From Camelus dromedarius (lineage: Eukaryota), in the NCBI RefSeq assembly GCF_036321535.1, contig NC_087437.1, positions 122,452,001 to 122,516,000 of the forward strand: a stretch of DNA of 64,000 nt. The letters run 5' to 3'. Under the pieces are notes generated by a model that was given only the letters and a program-made list of their open reading frames with translations, searched no databases and was not told the origin of the DNA. The first letter of the stretch is position 1. Every line of letters starts with the position of its first letter. The translations under genes and the position numbers were made by a program. This document shows positions 1-12,039 of the stretch, piece by piece.

Positions 1-1000
1 TATTTTTTGACTTTCTCCACATTTTCCTTCATTCTTTATGTGTCCTTGAATGGCTTTTTTTGAAGTCTTTGGTAGATCCATCATCAGGTCTTTTTCCCGG
101 ATAATTTTTGTTAATTCATTTTCTAATTCATTTGTTAACTCATTTTCCTCTGATTGGGCCGTACTTTCCTGTTTCATTGTTTGCTTGTGACTTTTGTTGT
201 TGTTGTTGAACATGGAACCTTTTTAACCTAATAATGTGGTAAATCTGGAAATCAGACTCTCTTTCTCAGTGTTTGCTATTTTTTGTTATTGTGTTTGTTT
301 GAGAGTTGGTTTTTGGTTTTTTTTTTTTTGGTTTATTTTTTTTGGCTTTTGGTTTGGGTGTTTTTGTTTTGTTGTTTTGTTTTGTTTTGTTTTGTTTTTT
401 TAGATTGTTGTCTCTGAGTTAAGGATCAGCCTGGGGTGTAAAGTTAAGTTCTCAGGTCTTTTCTGAGCCTGTGCCTTTTCCCTAGGCACACACAGTCACT
501 TCAGAATTTCCCTTATATATGCAGTTGTTTTTGAATGTCCTAGTTTTAAATTTTTCCCCAAAAAGATAAAAGAGGAAAATGCAACGGTAGGGAAAAAGAG
601 CACTTGCCCTTTGATTCCCCTGGAAGTCACTTCAGCCAGAGGGGCAGGGGCTGCAACAAAGAGGGGGACAGGTGCAACAGCCATGGCCTCCTGCCTCTTT
701 GTCTGCACCCCTGTGACCAGAAGCAGCAGTCAGAGCACAGATTCCCAGTTTTTGGAGGACATGGTCCTTTTTGCCCACCCTAGGCCCTGCAGGTACTCCA
801 GGGACACAGGCATCATTCCTGCTGGGCCCTTCGATGGAGGGGTAGGTAGCTGTTTCCCTGCCAAGTGCTGAGAGCAGCTTACCTCCAAGTCTTCCCCTTG
901 GGGGTTGCAAGTCTTTGACAGACCCCAGACTGGCAGGATGGTTGTATCGGACAGTTCTGCCAGTGCGGGTTGTCCAGGTGGGGAGAGGGATTCCTGGTGC
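1..1000 (-). mobile_element. Old LINE-1 (L1M-type) remnant with embedded (GTTTT)n/T-rich tract
   Basis: T-rich degenerate sequence resembling antisense L1 ORF1/5' region; (GTTTT)n-like run ~290-401. Family assignment is from recall. Confidence 0.45.
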
Positions 1001-1193
1001 TTCCTGCTCTGCCATCTCTCTAGGATCCCGGCTCGGCATCTGAGCAGGGTGTCAGGGGCAGGCTGGGCAGGGGTTCAGGGGAATTAAAACAAAACAGAAA
1101 CAAAACTGGAAATTGTAGGAGTCTAGAGGGACCCGAGGGCTCATCATGGACTCTCATCCTTACTTGCTCAGACCCTGAAATTGGCTCATAAGT

Positions 1194-1228
<35 letters not shown>
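1194..1228. repeat. (GACA)n tetranucleotide microsatellite
   Basis: About 8.5 perfect GACA units. Confidence 0.95.
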
Positions 1229-1283
1229 GTGGCAGAGTGCAATTTCGTTATTCCACTGTGTGTGTGTCCTTTTTTACCTGCAG

Positions 1284-2015
1284 GATAAAGGCGAACTACT
1301 GGAAGGTTGTCAGCTTCGGAAAGCTGATCTCATAGCTCAGGCGAGACAACTTCAGGAGAAGCTGAGCCGTCTGGTGCATTCCATGAGCTTCCCAGACGTC
1401 GACGTCGAGACGAAGGGCTTTACATCTCAGCAGGCACTGGCGTCTTCACATGTTCTAGAAAATAGTTTGAGTGATGGTTCCAGTAACAGTGAAGAAACTG
1501 GCAGCTCACCTCCCGTCGATGCGTTTAGTGTCGATACAACCACCTGGGATCTAGTTGACGCGGTTGGAAGTCAGGGTTCGTGGCTGAGAAGTGGGATGCT
1601 GGATGCGCCCACGGTAGAGCAGGTTGCTGCACAGGAAGGGTCGCTCTGCTCCCAGGTGGGCTCGCTCAGATGCCTCCCGGACCCCGCCCACGCCGAGGGG
1701 CCCGAGCCCTTGAAGCTCGGGCTCAGGACAATGGACCTGGCCTCCTGGAGCTCCCCTGAGGTCGCCAGGAAGGACTCCACCCTTGAGCCCATGCCCAGCC
1801 TGCCCCTGACACCCTGCTCGGATGCCCTGAGCCAGCGTAGCCTGGACACCTCCCTATGGGACGGGACGGGCACCTCACTGCTCCAGGCCGACCAGTCAGG
1901 GCTGCTTTGTTACCCGGGCGAGTCCACAGCAGGAATGGCCCCTAGGTGGGCGGAGTCTCCACTGGCTGCAGACAGGACTCCCTCTACTGACCACCATGCT
2001 CAGCGAGGGGCTGTG
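1284..2015 (+). CDS. PCNT: Pericentrin internal coding exon (732 nt, phase 0-0)
   Basis: ttttacctgcag|GAT acceptor and GTG|gtaagt donor; DKGELLEGCQLRKADL...DLASWSSPEVARKDSTLEP...TPCSDALS...QADQSGLL resembles pericentrin. Confidence 0.93.
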
Positions 2016-2890
2016 GTAAGTGGTCTCCTGGGTGCTGTCCTGGCTCGGGTCCAGGGGACGCCCAAGGCCCCAGCATGTTCCCGCGGGGCTGGCCGGCAGG
2101 GTCACAGCTGCAGCCATTGTTGGTTCACCTCCTGATGTGGCCTGGTGGCCAGGCCTGGGTGGGCATCTGGCAGTCCCTTGGTCAGCAGGTGTGGGATGGT
2201 CAGCATCCTGCAGGACGAACCCAAACCGACTGTGATAGGAACATAGAGCACTTCAGTTGTTCTTAAGAACACTTGAAATGCATTAGCCTTACTCGGAAAT
2301 TCACAGCAGACCCACATTTCCTGACTCATGGGAAGTATAATCATAAACACATCTTTACGTGTGTTCTGCGTAGGGTTCTTGGTCTAGAACGTGTCTTTTT
2401 AGATTTATTTTCAGTTGCAGTTCATATTTAGTGAGTTCAACATATAGTCTAATTAACTTCAGGAACACTTCCATTTATTTTTTTTGGGCTGGATTATATT
2501 TTCTCTGACATAATTTTGAGACTTTGTGTATCTTGGATTAGATAAAGTGGCAGGTAAATTATGCGGTTTGTGTAATTTAAGGGGTCCATATACGACCATT
2601 CATTCCCACATGCTTCCTTCTTTTGTCTGTGTGCTCCTGCAGCAGGCACGACTTTAAAATATGAAATATTTGCCAGTAACTTCTTTAACATATTCCTAGA
2701 GAAATGTGGATGAATTTGATTAAATTATGAGCGTTTAACCTCATGTCCACCAGCTTTGAACGCTTTTTGGGTTTGGGTTCTGTGTGGGAAGATGACAGCC
2801 TCAGATCTTAGTTTCCAGCTGGCAAGTTGAACTCTGTGACATAATAAGTTATTATTTTATGACCATTTACAAATCTCCCTATTTGAACAG

Positions 2891-2987
2891 GAGAAAGATG
2901 TTGAAGATTTTATCGTAACATCTCTTGATTTTCAAGAAAAGTCAAGATCACCTCCTTTGGGGTTAGAAGGAGAAAGTGCTGAAAAAA
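2891..2987 (+). CDS. PCNT: Pericentrin exon (97 nt, phase 0-1)
   Basis: tttgaacag|GAG...AAA A|gtgagt; EKDVEDFIVTSLDFQEKSRSPPLGLEGESAEK; frame joins both neighbours. Confidence 0.88.
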
Positions 2988-3757
2988 GTGAGTCAGTCAC
3001 AGTTTTACTTCTGCAGCTGTGGCATGTAGACCAGGGGGAGCGCCCCTGCCCTACCAACCCGTGGTAACCTGGCGTGTCTGCCTGCGCCTCCTCCCCTCTG
3101 CCTCTCCCCCCACGTCTGTCTGCCTCTGGGTCTGTGCACTGAGCGTCACTTGACCTGTTATCAGTCCCCTCCTGGGAGGGTCACCGTGTGTTTTGTGACG
3201 TCCGGTCCACAGGTCTCACTGAGTTTCTGCCCACTGCCCCGTCAGTGCCTGTTACAGAAATGAGCACCAGATGGCACCAAGTGTCCAGGTGTCCCTTGTG
3301 GGGTGGACACTGGTGAGGGCAGGCCAGGTGCCTGGCGGGGCGCTTGGGCCGGGGCCCCGTGCGGCGTGGACCCCACAAGCGGTGGCCCTTCTATTTGCAG
3401 CAGACGGGTTGGTGTGCATGTGTCTCATGGGGCCCCCTCGCCACCGTGGCGGTGCTGGCTCCCAGGGCGTCGGCCTGGACCCTGCGTCTGTGTGAAAATG
3501 AGCCGAGTTCCCTGAAGGTTTATGTTCAGATTGTGGATGTTCACGTATCAAACGTGCAGATTGCATGTTTTCTTACTTAACGTGTGTAGTTCTCATCTTA
3601 CGTTTTTGTGAAGTACTCTCACCGTCTTGGGGCTCCTTGGATGTCTTCTCTGGTGAGAGGAGCCCCCGTGGCTCTCCTGGGCGTTTGGGGGCCTGGCCTC
3701 ACCCCAAGCAGCCCCCCAGAGCTGCGATCCTCTCCCCTGCCTTTACTGTGCCTCTAG

Positions 3758-3906
3758 GTGCTGGCTCGGGGTCTGGAGAGATGCTAGCCCACGGCTCAGG
3801 AAGACTAGGAGCTCCCACTGCTGGTCCTGCGGCCCCTCCTGCCCCCAGAGGGTTCCGACGGTCACTGGTCACTGTGAAGAAGGAGGTCCATCCAAAGCAA
3901 GTGAAG
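3758..3906 (+). CDS. PCNT: Pericentrin exon (149 nt, phase 1-0)
   Basis: cctctag|GT...AAG|gtaacg; AGSGSGEMLAHGSG...KKEVHPKQVK. Confidence 0.88.
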
Positions 3907-6718
3907 GTAACGGCTGAGGGGCATGGGATGGGCGGTGAGGGCCCCCTCTGGCATCTGAACACATGACCCTGTCTTGGGAAGCAGTTGTGATTTGTTTGGT
4001 TTTGAGGATTGACCTTCAGCCTTTCCGGAGATGACCCAGGGGTTCTTGTGCCAGGGCTGCCCCCCGACCCTGGGCACCTGTAGAGGTGGGGAGGGGCCTT
4101 ATCCTGCAGACATGGGGGCGTGGGCCAAGTCGGAGCCTGAGGCACAGAAGAGGTGCTTCTGTCTCATCCAGAGCCCGAAACAGGCGCGGTTTCTTCCTCG
4201 GCCTGTACGGCAGGCGGGGTGGTTCTGGTGGGCGTCTCAGCCTGGGCTCGGCTCAGTGTTCACACTTAGTGGTGCACATGCAGAGGTTTCCGGGTGGCCC
4301 AGGTCACTCCCGAGATGTCACCTGTATGTTCCCGACCACTGTCCTTGGGGTGGCGGGAGAGACCGGGGCCCCGGCTTCCCTTTTCCTGGAAGCCCAGACG
4401 TCAGCCTCAGCCGTCCCGCGGGGCTGCTGGCCTGCTGCGCCCTGCACACGCCCTCCTAGCTGGTTCTCTCCGGGGTTCTCTCTCGGCATCTGGGGGTTTA
4501 ACGTGGAGACAGAATTGAAACTTTTCCCAGCTCGAATGCACATGTGAGAGTGGAGGGGTTTAAGGTGTGCACTGTGATGATCTGACACGTGTGTCAGTTG
4601 CAGAACGGTCACAGTCAGGTCACTTAGCGCCTCTACCCCCAGAAGGCAGAGTGTTTGGGAAGCTTTTCTTAGGTTTTCTTCTCTCTCCACTACTGCATAC
4701 TTTTTATGGCAAAACCAGTGACGTAAGCTTGACTGATTAGGTAAATGGTAATACACCTCTGTTGTGTCCTATCTGGGTGTCAAAGTATTCCCGAAGGAAA
4801 CAGTTTTGATGTTAAGTAAAATCTTGTCTGAAATTGTATTCAAAACATGAAACTGTTTTTATTCCTTTAAGAATTGAAATTGCAGTAATGTTTTCTAGCT
4901 TTTTTTTTTGCATTTCTCAATTTTTTATATGACATAAAACATTAAAGACGCATTTCTGCTGGCATCTCCAACCTAACACTAGAATTCCTAATTTTCTGGG
5001 GAAAAGGTTGAGTGTTTATGCTCAGGCCTTGATCTTTACCACCTGATGCTTAGTGATTGGAAGGGAGAACCCAGCAAAGCCCGGGCACCCTTTCCTGAGC
5101 AGCCACGAGGAGGCGGCGGAGGGAAGTCAGGCGCTGGCACCTGGGCAGGTGGCTGGCCTCCTGTGTTCCCCACGTTCCCCAGGCTTTTGTGGACTAGGGG
5201 TTTCCTTGGTTGATTTTAAGTGTCAACCCTGTTGTGGACTGAAGCCGCCTGCCCGCCGCCGTGAGGGAAGCCGCCCGTCCAGCCAGGTAGTTCCTAGTGG
5301 GGTGCGGCCGCAGGGCCAGGTCCCGGGGGCCCTGTGTGGTCGCAGCCCTAGCCGCCTCTAAGTCGGGGACACAGGTGCAGGTCCTACATGTGTGAGGGGC
5401 CCCACGCCGGGAAGAGTGTCAGCTGGAGCAGGCGGGGCACTGGGTGACGGGCGGATCCACGAGACTGCCCACGGAGGCCACGGCGGTGCAGCCCCTCCAT
5501 GGGACGCCATGGTCCTGAGAGTGGAGGTGCCTCGGTCCTCTCAGCCCAGTGCTGTGCCTGTGGTCCCCACGCCCGGCCAGCACCGGCTGGGGGTGCTGTT
5601 CCATGCTGGTTCTCAGAGCCGCAGGACGGGGCCCGTGGGCGGCTGTACTCCTGGCTGGCGAGGGCGGAGGACCTCACTCATCACGGCTGTTCTTTCTGGG
5701 ATGCATTTCTTTTCGTGCTGCAATCCAGGAAGGGTTCCCATGTAGAAAGTGGCTGGTTGGCTGCAGCCAGGGCAGCGGCTGTCATGCTGTCTCGTCGGCC
5801 TCTCTGGACGGACAGCCCTGGCAGCCGCACGGGGCAGGGGTGGTGGGTGTCCCGCTGCTTTGCCCGCCTCTCTCCTTCCCCAGGGGCTGTGACTCGCATC
5901 GTTTCATGTCACATGCCTTGTTTATAAAGTGAAGTTGTCCTAGATTGTTAAAGATAGCTGCTTGCACAGAACACAAGATGCATAGTTTGGTGTCCAGCAC
6001 TTTTATGTTAATGTCTCACTTTTCTGGTCGCACCATTAGAGATAAATCTCTAGTTTACTGGTCCTTGGTTGTAGGCCCCTTGGTTGCTAGTGCCATGTTC
6101 CCCACATGGCTCCCTGCCGTGCCCTTTGTGTGAACCTGTGCCTGCACGTGGAGTGAGGCCGGGCGCCAGTACTTTGAACTCTGTGTGGGTCCGGCACCAG
6201 CTTCTTGGGGGGACAGCTCTGGGTAGAGAAGCTGCCTTCTCTCAGCCTCCTTGGGAGGGACAGATGGCCGGTGTGCCCGTCGAGGCCCTGTGGCGGGGAC
6301 GGGGGCACAGGCAGGCTGGCATGGTCAGTAGCTGGCCCAGTGCTGTCTGCTGGTGCCCTCCCCCAAGGCACCTCCTGGTGTGGAGCTGTGGTCCCAGGAG
6401 AGCCAGAGAGGTGCCCGGCATCCTACTGACCTGTTTGTGCAATTTGGCCCAAGGCCCTGAACGTCCCTAAACTGAGTGTCTGCGGTGAGGGAGTGGGTGG
6501 GGCGGCTGAATTGTGGGGGCTGTCGTTGGAGCAGCTCACACAGAAATGACTCGTTCAGATCCGGTTACTCGTCTCTGACAGTGGTGACCTCACAGATAGA
6601 GCAGTGGACTCTGGTGTCTGGTGCAGAAGCCGCACTGGCAGCCTGGTGACAGTGGGGCAGTGGTGGAGAAGAGGGTCCGGCCACTTTTCCTTATTCCTGC
6701 GGTGTTTGTCCACTCCAG

Positions 6719-6913
6719 GCCCTGCTGCAGATGGTGTGTGATGAGAGCCACCACATCCTGGCCCTGTCCAAGTGCCGTGGACCGCCCAGCGTCCTGAGCA
6801 GGGGCGAGCCCAGCACCCCCCTCGAGCGCCTCCCACAGGGGTGCCGGGGGCTGCTGGAGGCAGCAGCGCCTCTGAGGGGGCACCCCACCCCAGCACCCCA
6901 AAAGGGAGAGAAG
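6719..6913 (+). CDS. PCNT: Pericentrin exon (195 nt, phase 0-0)
   Basis: cactccag|GCC; ALLQMVCDESHHILALS...; donor AAG|gtacag (3' boundary less certain). Confidence 0.8.
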
Positions 6914-7612
6914 GTACAGGCATTCTGGGTAAAAGAAGAGCAGTGGGCTGGGCCAGCTTGAGGGCTCTGCTTGGCCACAGGGTGGGAATAAGGCAACGAG
7001 AGGTGGGTCAGCGGCGGCAGCGAGGCCGTGTCCCAGCCAGCCACCCCCTCACTTGTGTTCTCTAGGCTCCAGCCACATGCCGGCACCTTCCAGGCCTTGT
7101 TAGGGCAGGAGAGGCTGCGGGGAAGGGATGGGATGGGGAGATGGGCATGCAGGCCGGGCCTGAGGCCACAGGGTCTCAGTGTCCACGCTGCAGCTGAGGG
7201 CCAGCACAGAGGTCATGGCTGGGTACTGAAGCCGCACAAGGGGAGCCAACAGGCCACGGGGCGGAGGGAACAGTGGGCCAGACCCCAAGGCCGGCCTTCG
7301 ATCTTCAGGGGCGGGGGGTGGGCAGCACAGGCTGGGTGCAGAGGGCAAAGGGCAGCCAGCCCGCTCACGGCCTGCACGGCACACACGCCTGCAAACGCCC
7401 TGCTGCCACCCAGGGCCCTGGCCTCTCCTGGACCGGGGCTGGTGCACAGTTAGGTGGGGGTTGCCCCGTCTCACCTCCCTCGAGGGCAGCCCTGGCTCCT
7501 CGTGCCCCAGCTGGTCCTGGGCACTTGTGCACCCTCTTCAGTCGGGGTAGGTTCTGTCAGATCTGCAGGACGCGTATGTAGGAACACCGAGCTCCTTGTT
7601 CTGATACTTTAG

Positions 7613-7786
7613 GAACCTTCTGACCTGGGCCTCGATTGGAGGGGAGAATTTCTGCAGGTTGTCCAGGAAGCCTTTGAAAAAGAGCGAGAGATGCTGAAAG
7701 TTGAGCTGCGGCCCCGACTCTGTGGTTCGGACGTTGGGGGCTGCAGCACGCTGTTGGAGAGGCTGGAGAAGGTGGTCCAGGAGCAG
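7613..7786 (+). CDS. PCNT: Pericentrin exon (174 nt, phase 0-0)
   Basis: tactttag|GAA...CAG|gtgagc; EPSDLGLDWRGEFLQVVQEAFEKEREML...LLERLEKVVQEQ. Confidence 0.92.
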
Positions 7787-8416
7787 GTGAGCTAGCCTCG
7801 ACCCCCGGAGCCCCCCACCCCTAACAGAGGGTGATGGGAGCTTTGGTTCCCATGTTTCACCTGACCTTAGAACGTGGTGGAGATTGAGGGGCAGACCCTG
7901 CTTCAGTCTAAGGATAATGCTGCGTTTTTATGTGTGAATTCCGTGAAGTGGAAAGCTTTATAGATTGACCCTCTTTCACAGCCTCATTCTGTTCTGGAAA
8001 TAACTGGCCTTCCCTTGAAAGCAAAAGGCCAATTCCAGGCGGCCCAGCCCTGGCTTGTGAGCGCTGAGCCTGGGGTCTGAGGGTTGGAGGGTCTGCACTG
8101 AGAGGGCACTGGAGTCCAGATGCCGGGCATTGACCAGGCCCAGGAAGTGAGACCAAGGTGCTAGGGGCAATCTGAGGGTCCTAGGGCCACTGTGCCCACG
8201 TTCCGTGCCACACAGTTGTCACACATGTCTTCCTGCGAGCCTGCTCTTGCCCTGGTCGAGGACTAGACTGAGACCCGTGAGCTGTGGCAGTGATGCTGGG
8301 AGCTTGAGTTTGCAGAGCAGGGGCTGCTCTTGCCTGGCCCCGCAGCCCTTGGGACCTCCTTCTCCTGCCATGTCTGTGATGTCCCCTGACCGCTCCCCTC
8401 CCCGCCCCATCTGCAG

Positions 8417-8612
8417 GGGGGGCTGCAGGAGAAGTCCTTGGAGCACCTTCACCTGTCGGACAGGAGCCGCCTGCTGTCAGAGATCCAGGCTCTGCGCGCC
8501 CAGCTGCGGATGACGCACCTGCAGAACCAAGAGAAGCTGCAGCAGCTGTGCGTGGCACTGACCAACACAGAGGCCCGCGGGAGCCGGCGGGAGCACCAGC
8601 TGCGGAGGCAGG
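8417..8612 (+). CDS. PCNT: Pericentrin exon (196 nt, phase 0-1)
   Basis: ctgcag|GGG...CAG G|gtgcgc; LQEKSLEHLHLSDRSRLLSEIQALRAQLRMTHLQNQEKLQQL. Confidence 0.95.
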
Positions 8613-9592
8613 GTGCGCGCGGCCCTCGGGCTCCCTAGGCCCCAGAGCACAGGACACGTGCCGATCAGGGCCGGCGCTGGGGGCGCCACAGGGCCACTTG
8701 CATGAGGGTCTCAAGCTCACATGAGGCTTGAGGGTCCTGTTGCAAGTTTCTGCGTTTTATTTAGACTCTGGGGTTTTCACACAGACACGTCTGTGAGCAG
8801 AGAGTACTTTACTTTATTCTTCTTCCCCGTCTACTTCCCGTTCTCGTCACTGCTCGCGGGGCTCCCGAGTGCTGGGTGACAGGCCGTTTCTGTCCTGGGG
8901 CGGCCTGCGTTCCAGCCACGACCCCAGCCTGGAGCCTCATGCTGCATGTTTCTGGGCTTGATTTGCTAGTCTTTGGCATTTTGTTCATGGCGGTCCTGGT
9001 TTTGGTGTCAGGGGGATGCCAGCCTCCTGGAGGACCCGTGTCTCTGCCCCTGTGTTCTCCACAGGACTCTGTAAAAATGGGATTATTTCCTCCTTGGTTT
9101 TGGGAGAGTTCTCCAGTGAAGCCTGGTGGGAGGCAGGCAATGTAGGAGTGGTGGGTAAGGTGGGTTTCGGGGTGACTACAGGGATGGTTGCATCTGTTCT
9201 CCGTGCACCAGGCAGGGTTGGGTCTGAGCAGCCTTTCCTGGTCAGGTCCTTTTCGGCCCACCTCCAAACTCTGCCTCTGGGAGACCACACCCGGGGGGCT
9301 GCGTTGCACCTGCAAGGCCTGCGAGGCTGGAGGATGTCCTGCCCACTCTCTGCCCCTGTGTCTCTTTGCTCCTCACCAGCCACGAGGGCAAGGCTTACGG
9401 GGGTGTGAGCAGAGGGCGTGTGTCCCACATGTCCTCTCTCAGCAGAATCAACGCTTCTGGGTCATGGAAACTTCATGGTCTCCCGAAATGATTACATCCT
9501 GTCCCCTTGGTCTGCTTTTAATTTTGTTAAGTCATTTGCAGCTCACTGTGGCCTCCTGAATAATGATGTTTCACATTTAATCTCTTTTTCAG

Positions 9593-9815
9593 TTGAGTTA
9601 CTGGCCTATAAGGTTGAGCAGGAAAAGTGTATAGCGAGCGATCTGCAGAAAACCCTGAACGAAGAGCAGGAGAAAGCAAATCATGTTCGGAAGCTGCTGG
9701 TGGTGGAACAGAGTGCGGTCAGGGACCTAAAGTCCGAGCTGTGCGAGTGCAAACAGGACAACGAAAGGCTGCTACGGTCCCTCAACGATGTGCAGAAGGA
9801 GGTCCTCCAGCTGAG
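9593..9815 (+). CDS. PCNT: Pericentrin exon (223 nt, phase 1-2), coiled coil
   Basis: tttttcag|TT...AG|gtgtgt; ELLAYKVEQEKCIASDLQKTLNEEQEKAN...DVQKEVLQL. Confidence 0.95.
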
Positions 9816-10048
9816 GTGTGTCCACACTGACTGGCCTGCCCTCGCCACCTCTACCCACCCTGGCTTCCACTCCTCAGGAGGAGCAGTGGAACTCGCATGG
9901 CTCCTGCCGTGTTTGGAGGGGACCATTCTGTTCCCACGTGCTCGTGGAGGGCTGAGCACTTGGGCCAGGAGGTGGCAGGGCCTGCCTTCCCTGCCTGAGA
10001 GCTTCGGGTGCTGGCGCATGTCCCTCTGAGAGTGCTGTCCCCACACAG

Positions 10049-10199
10049 GTCGGTGCTGGACAGTAAGGAGAAGGACCTGGCGAACGCACTGCAGCAGCTG
10101 GAGGGCGAGCGGGTGAAGGGGCAGGCCCTGCAGAGCCGGCTGGAGGAGGAGCGGCTGCAGTACCTGCAGAGGGAGGGCCAGAGCGCCAAGACCCTGGAG
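10049..10199 (+). CDS. PCNT: Pericentrin exon (151 nt, phase 2-0)
   Basis: ccacacag|G...GAG|gtgagg; SVLDSKEKDLANALQQLEGERVKGQALQSRLEEERLQYLQREGQSAKTLE. Confidence 0.94.
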
Positions 10200-11213
10200 G
10201 TGAGGCTTGCAGCCAGTGGTCCTGCCCGTGGATGAGGCTTCGGGGTGGTGAGGGGGCCACACCTTCAGGTCACAGAGTGTCTCTTTGGTGACGGACGGCA
10301 TGGCTGCTCACAGTTCCCACCACCTCCGCACATTTGCTTCTGCAAGGTGGACGCAGCATCAGAGCATTGTGGCAGAGGCTGTGTGTGCGGCGGTGCCTTG
10401 TGTGCAGTGGTGCCTTGTGTGGCAGCCATAGTGGCCATATCTGGTGGTCTTTTATGGTCCTGGACAAGCTGACCACCGTCAGTGGTTAGGGCGAGGCTGC
10501 CGTTTACCAGCACAGAGCTGCGGTTGACACAGGGGGGCGAGTATGACTGAGTCCTGGGTGTTGTGGCTGAGGGCAGGGAGATGAACCCGGACGTGTACGC
10601 TGCTGTCAGAAGTGCCTTGACCGCAAACAAGGCAGGCAGAGTCACAGGAGGAGCCACACACATACTCTGTCGGTGTCGCGATACCATGTACACATATACA
10701 CTGCTATGTGGAGAGAGCTGATGGCTACTCTGAAGCTTTATTAAGTTGCACGGTCTTATATAGCAAAGAAGAATGACAAAGGAAATAGTTGACAGGCAGC
10801 GTCTGGCTCAAGGTCAGAAGACCCTTTGTTTTGGTAAATCATGTTCATGTTGGCACCAGTGAGCCTTACAGCTTATCAGGGCGGAATGTATGAGAAACGG
10901 CTGCTTTACAACGTTCTTCTTGGACTCAGGCGGCTGTTCCTGTTTTAGGTTGCCCTCCCTCTGGGGATCTTACCCATCCTTGGCTAACCAGCCTTCTCAC
11001 CTCTGAGTCTGCAGCTTTTTAGAATTTGTTTACCATTCCGGCCCTTGGTTCCCACAGTCGGGGGCCAACACACTCCTCTCAGCCACCCAAGGGATCACGT
11101 CCAAACGTTTACCTGCTGGGTTGGGGGCACAAACAGACGTGGGCAGGAAAACTGTTTAGACACTTTTGCCCTTGATTTAATTCTTCTGATCTGTCTTTCC
11201 GTGCATGACACAG

Positions 11214-11813
11214 GAGCTAAGAACGTCTTTGGAGAAGCAGTTTGCTCATAGTAACCAGCTGTGTGTCGCCCTGGAGCACGAGCAGACGGCAAAGGACAAC
11301 CTCCGGAAGGAGCTGCAGATCGAGACCTCGCGCTGCGAGGCGCTGCTGGCCCAGGAGCGCGGCCACCTCTCTGAGCTGCAGCGGAGCCTGGAGGCCGAGC
11401 AGGGCCGGGCACGGGAGTTGTCGGAGGCCTTGCACCATGAGCGCCTCTTGACCGAACGGCTGAGCCGGCGGGCGCAGGAGAAGCAGGCGCACCAGGCGCT
11501 GCTGCAGAAGCTGAAGAGCCAGGGGGCCCGCGTGCGGGAGCTGGAGGTGGCGCTGGACACAGCCCGGCGGCGGGCCAAGGAGGCCGAGAGGGAGCAGGAG
11601 GTAAGTGCCGTGCCGAGGCCCACCGTGGAGGCCCTGCAGACCCTGGAGAGAGAGCGGGAGAGGCCTGCGCGGGGCCAGGCAGAGTTAGAGCAGCCGCACG
11701 CGGGACGGGCAGAGCAGGAAGGACGCAAGGCCGCGAGGACAGGAGCGGAGCTGAGGCCCAGCAGAGCGGACGCGCACAAGTGGAGGAGGTGGCAGAGAGA
11801 CAAGGAGACGCTG
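11214..11813 (+). CDS. PCNT: Pericentrin exon (600 nt, phase 0-0; alternative in-frame donor after 11600)
   Basis: gacacag|GAG...CTG|gtgagc; ELRTSLEKQFAHSNQLCVALEHEQTAKDNLRKELQIETSRCEALL...KWRRWQRDKETL. Confidence 0.92.
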
Positions 11814-12039
11814 GTGAGCCCGCTGCGGCCTGGGGGCCTGTCCTGGTGTCCGTGCATCCCTCCTCAGAACACGGCCGCTTTGTAGCAGGTTGGAGGTCGG
11901 GAAGTGTGTGAGTGCCGTCTTTGCTTTTCAAGTGGGTTTGGGTGCTCAGGGCCCTGGCAGCTTCATGAGCACCTGAGGATGGCCTTCCCATCCCTGCAGT
12001 GAGGCCCCTGGGAATTTGGTCAGGGTTGCGTGGATCTGT

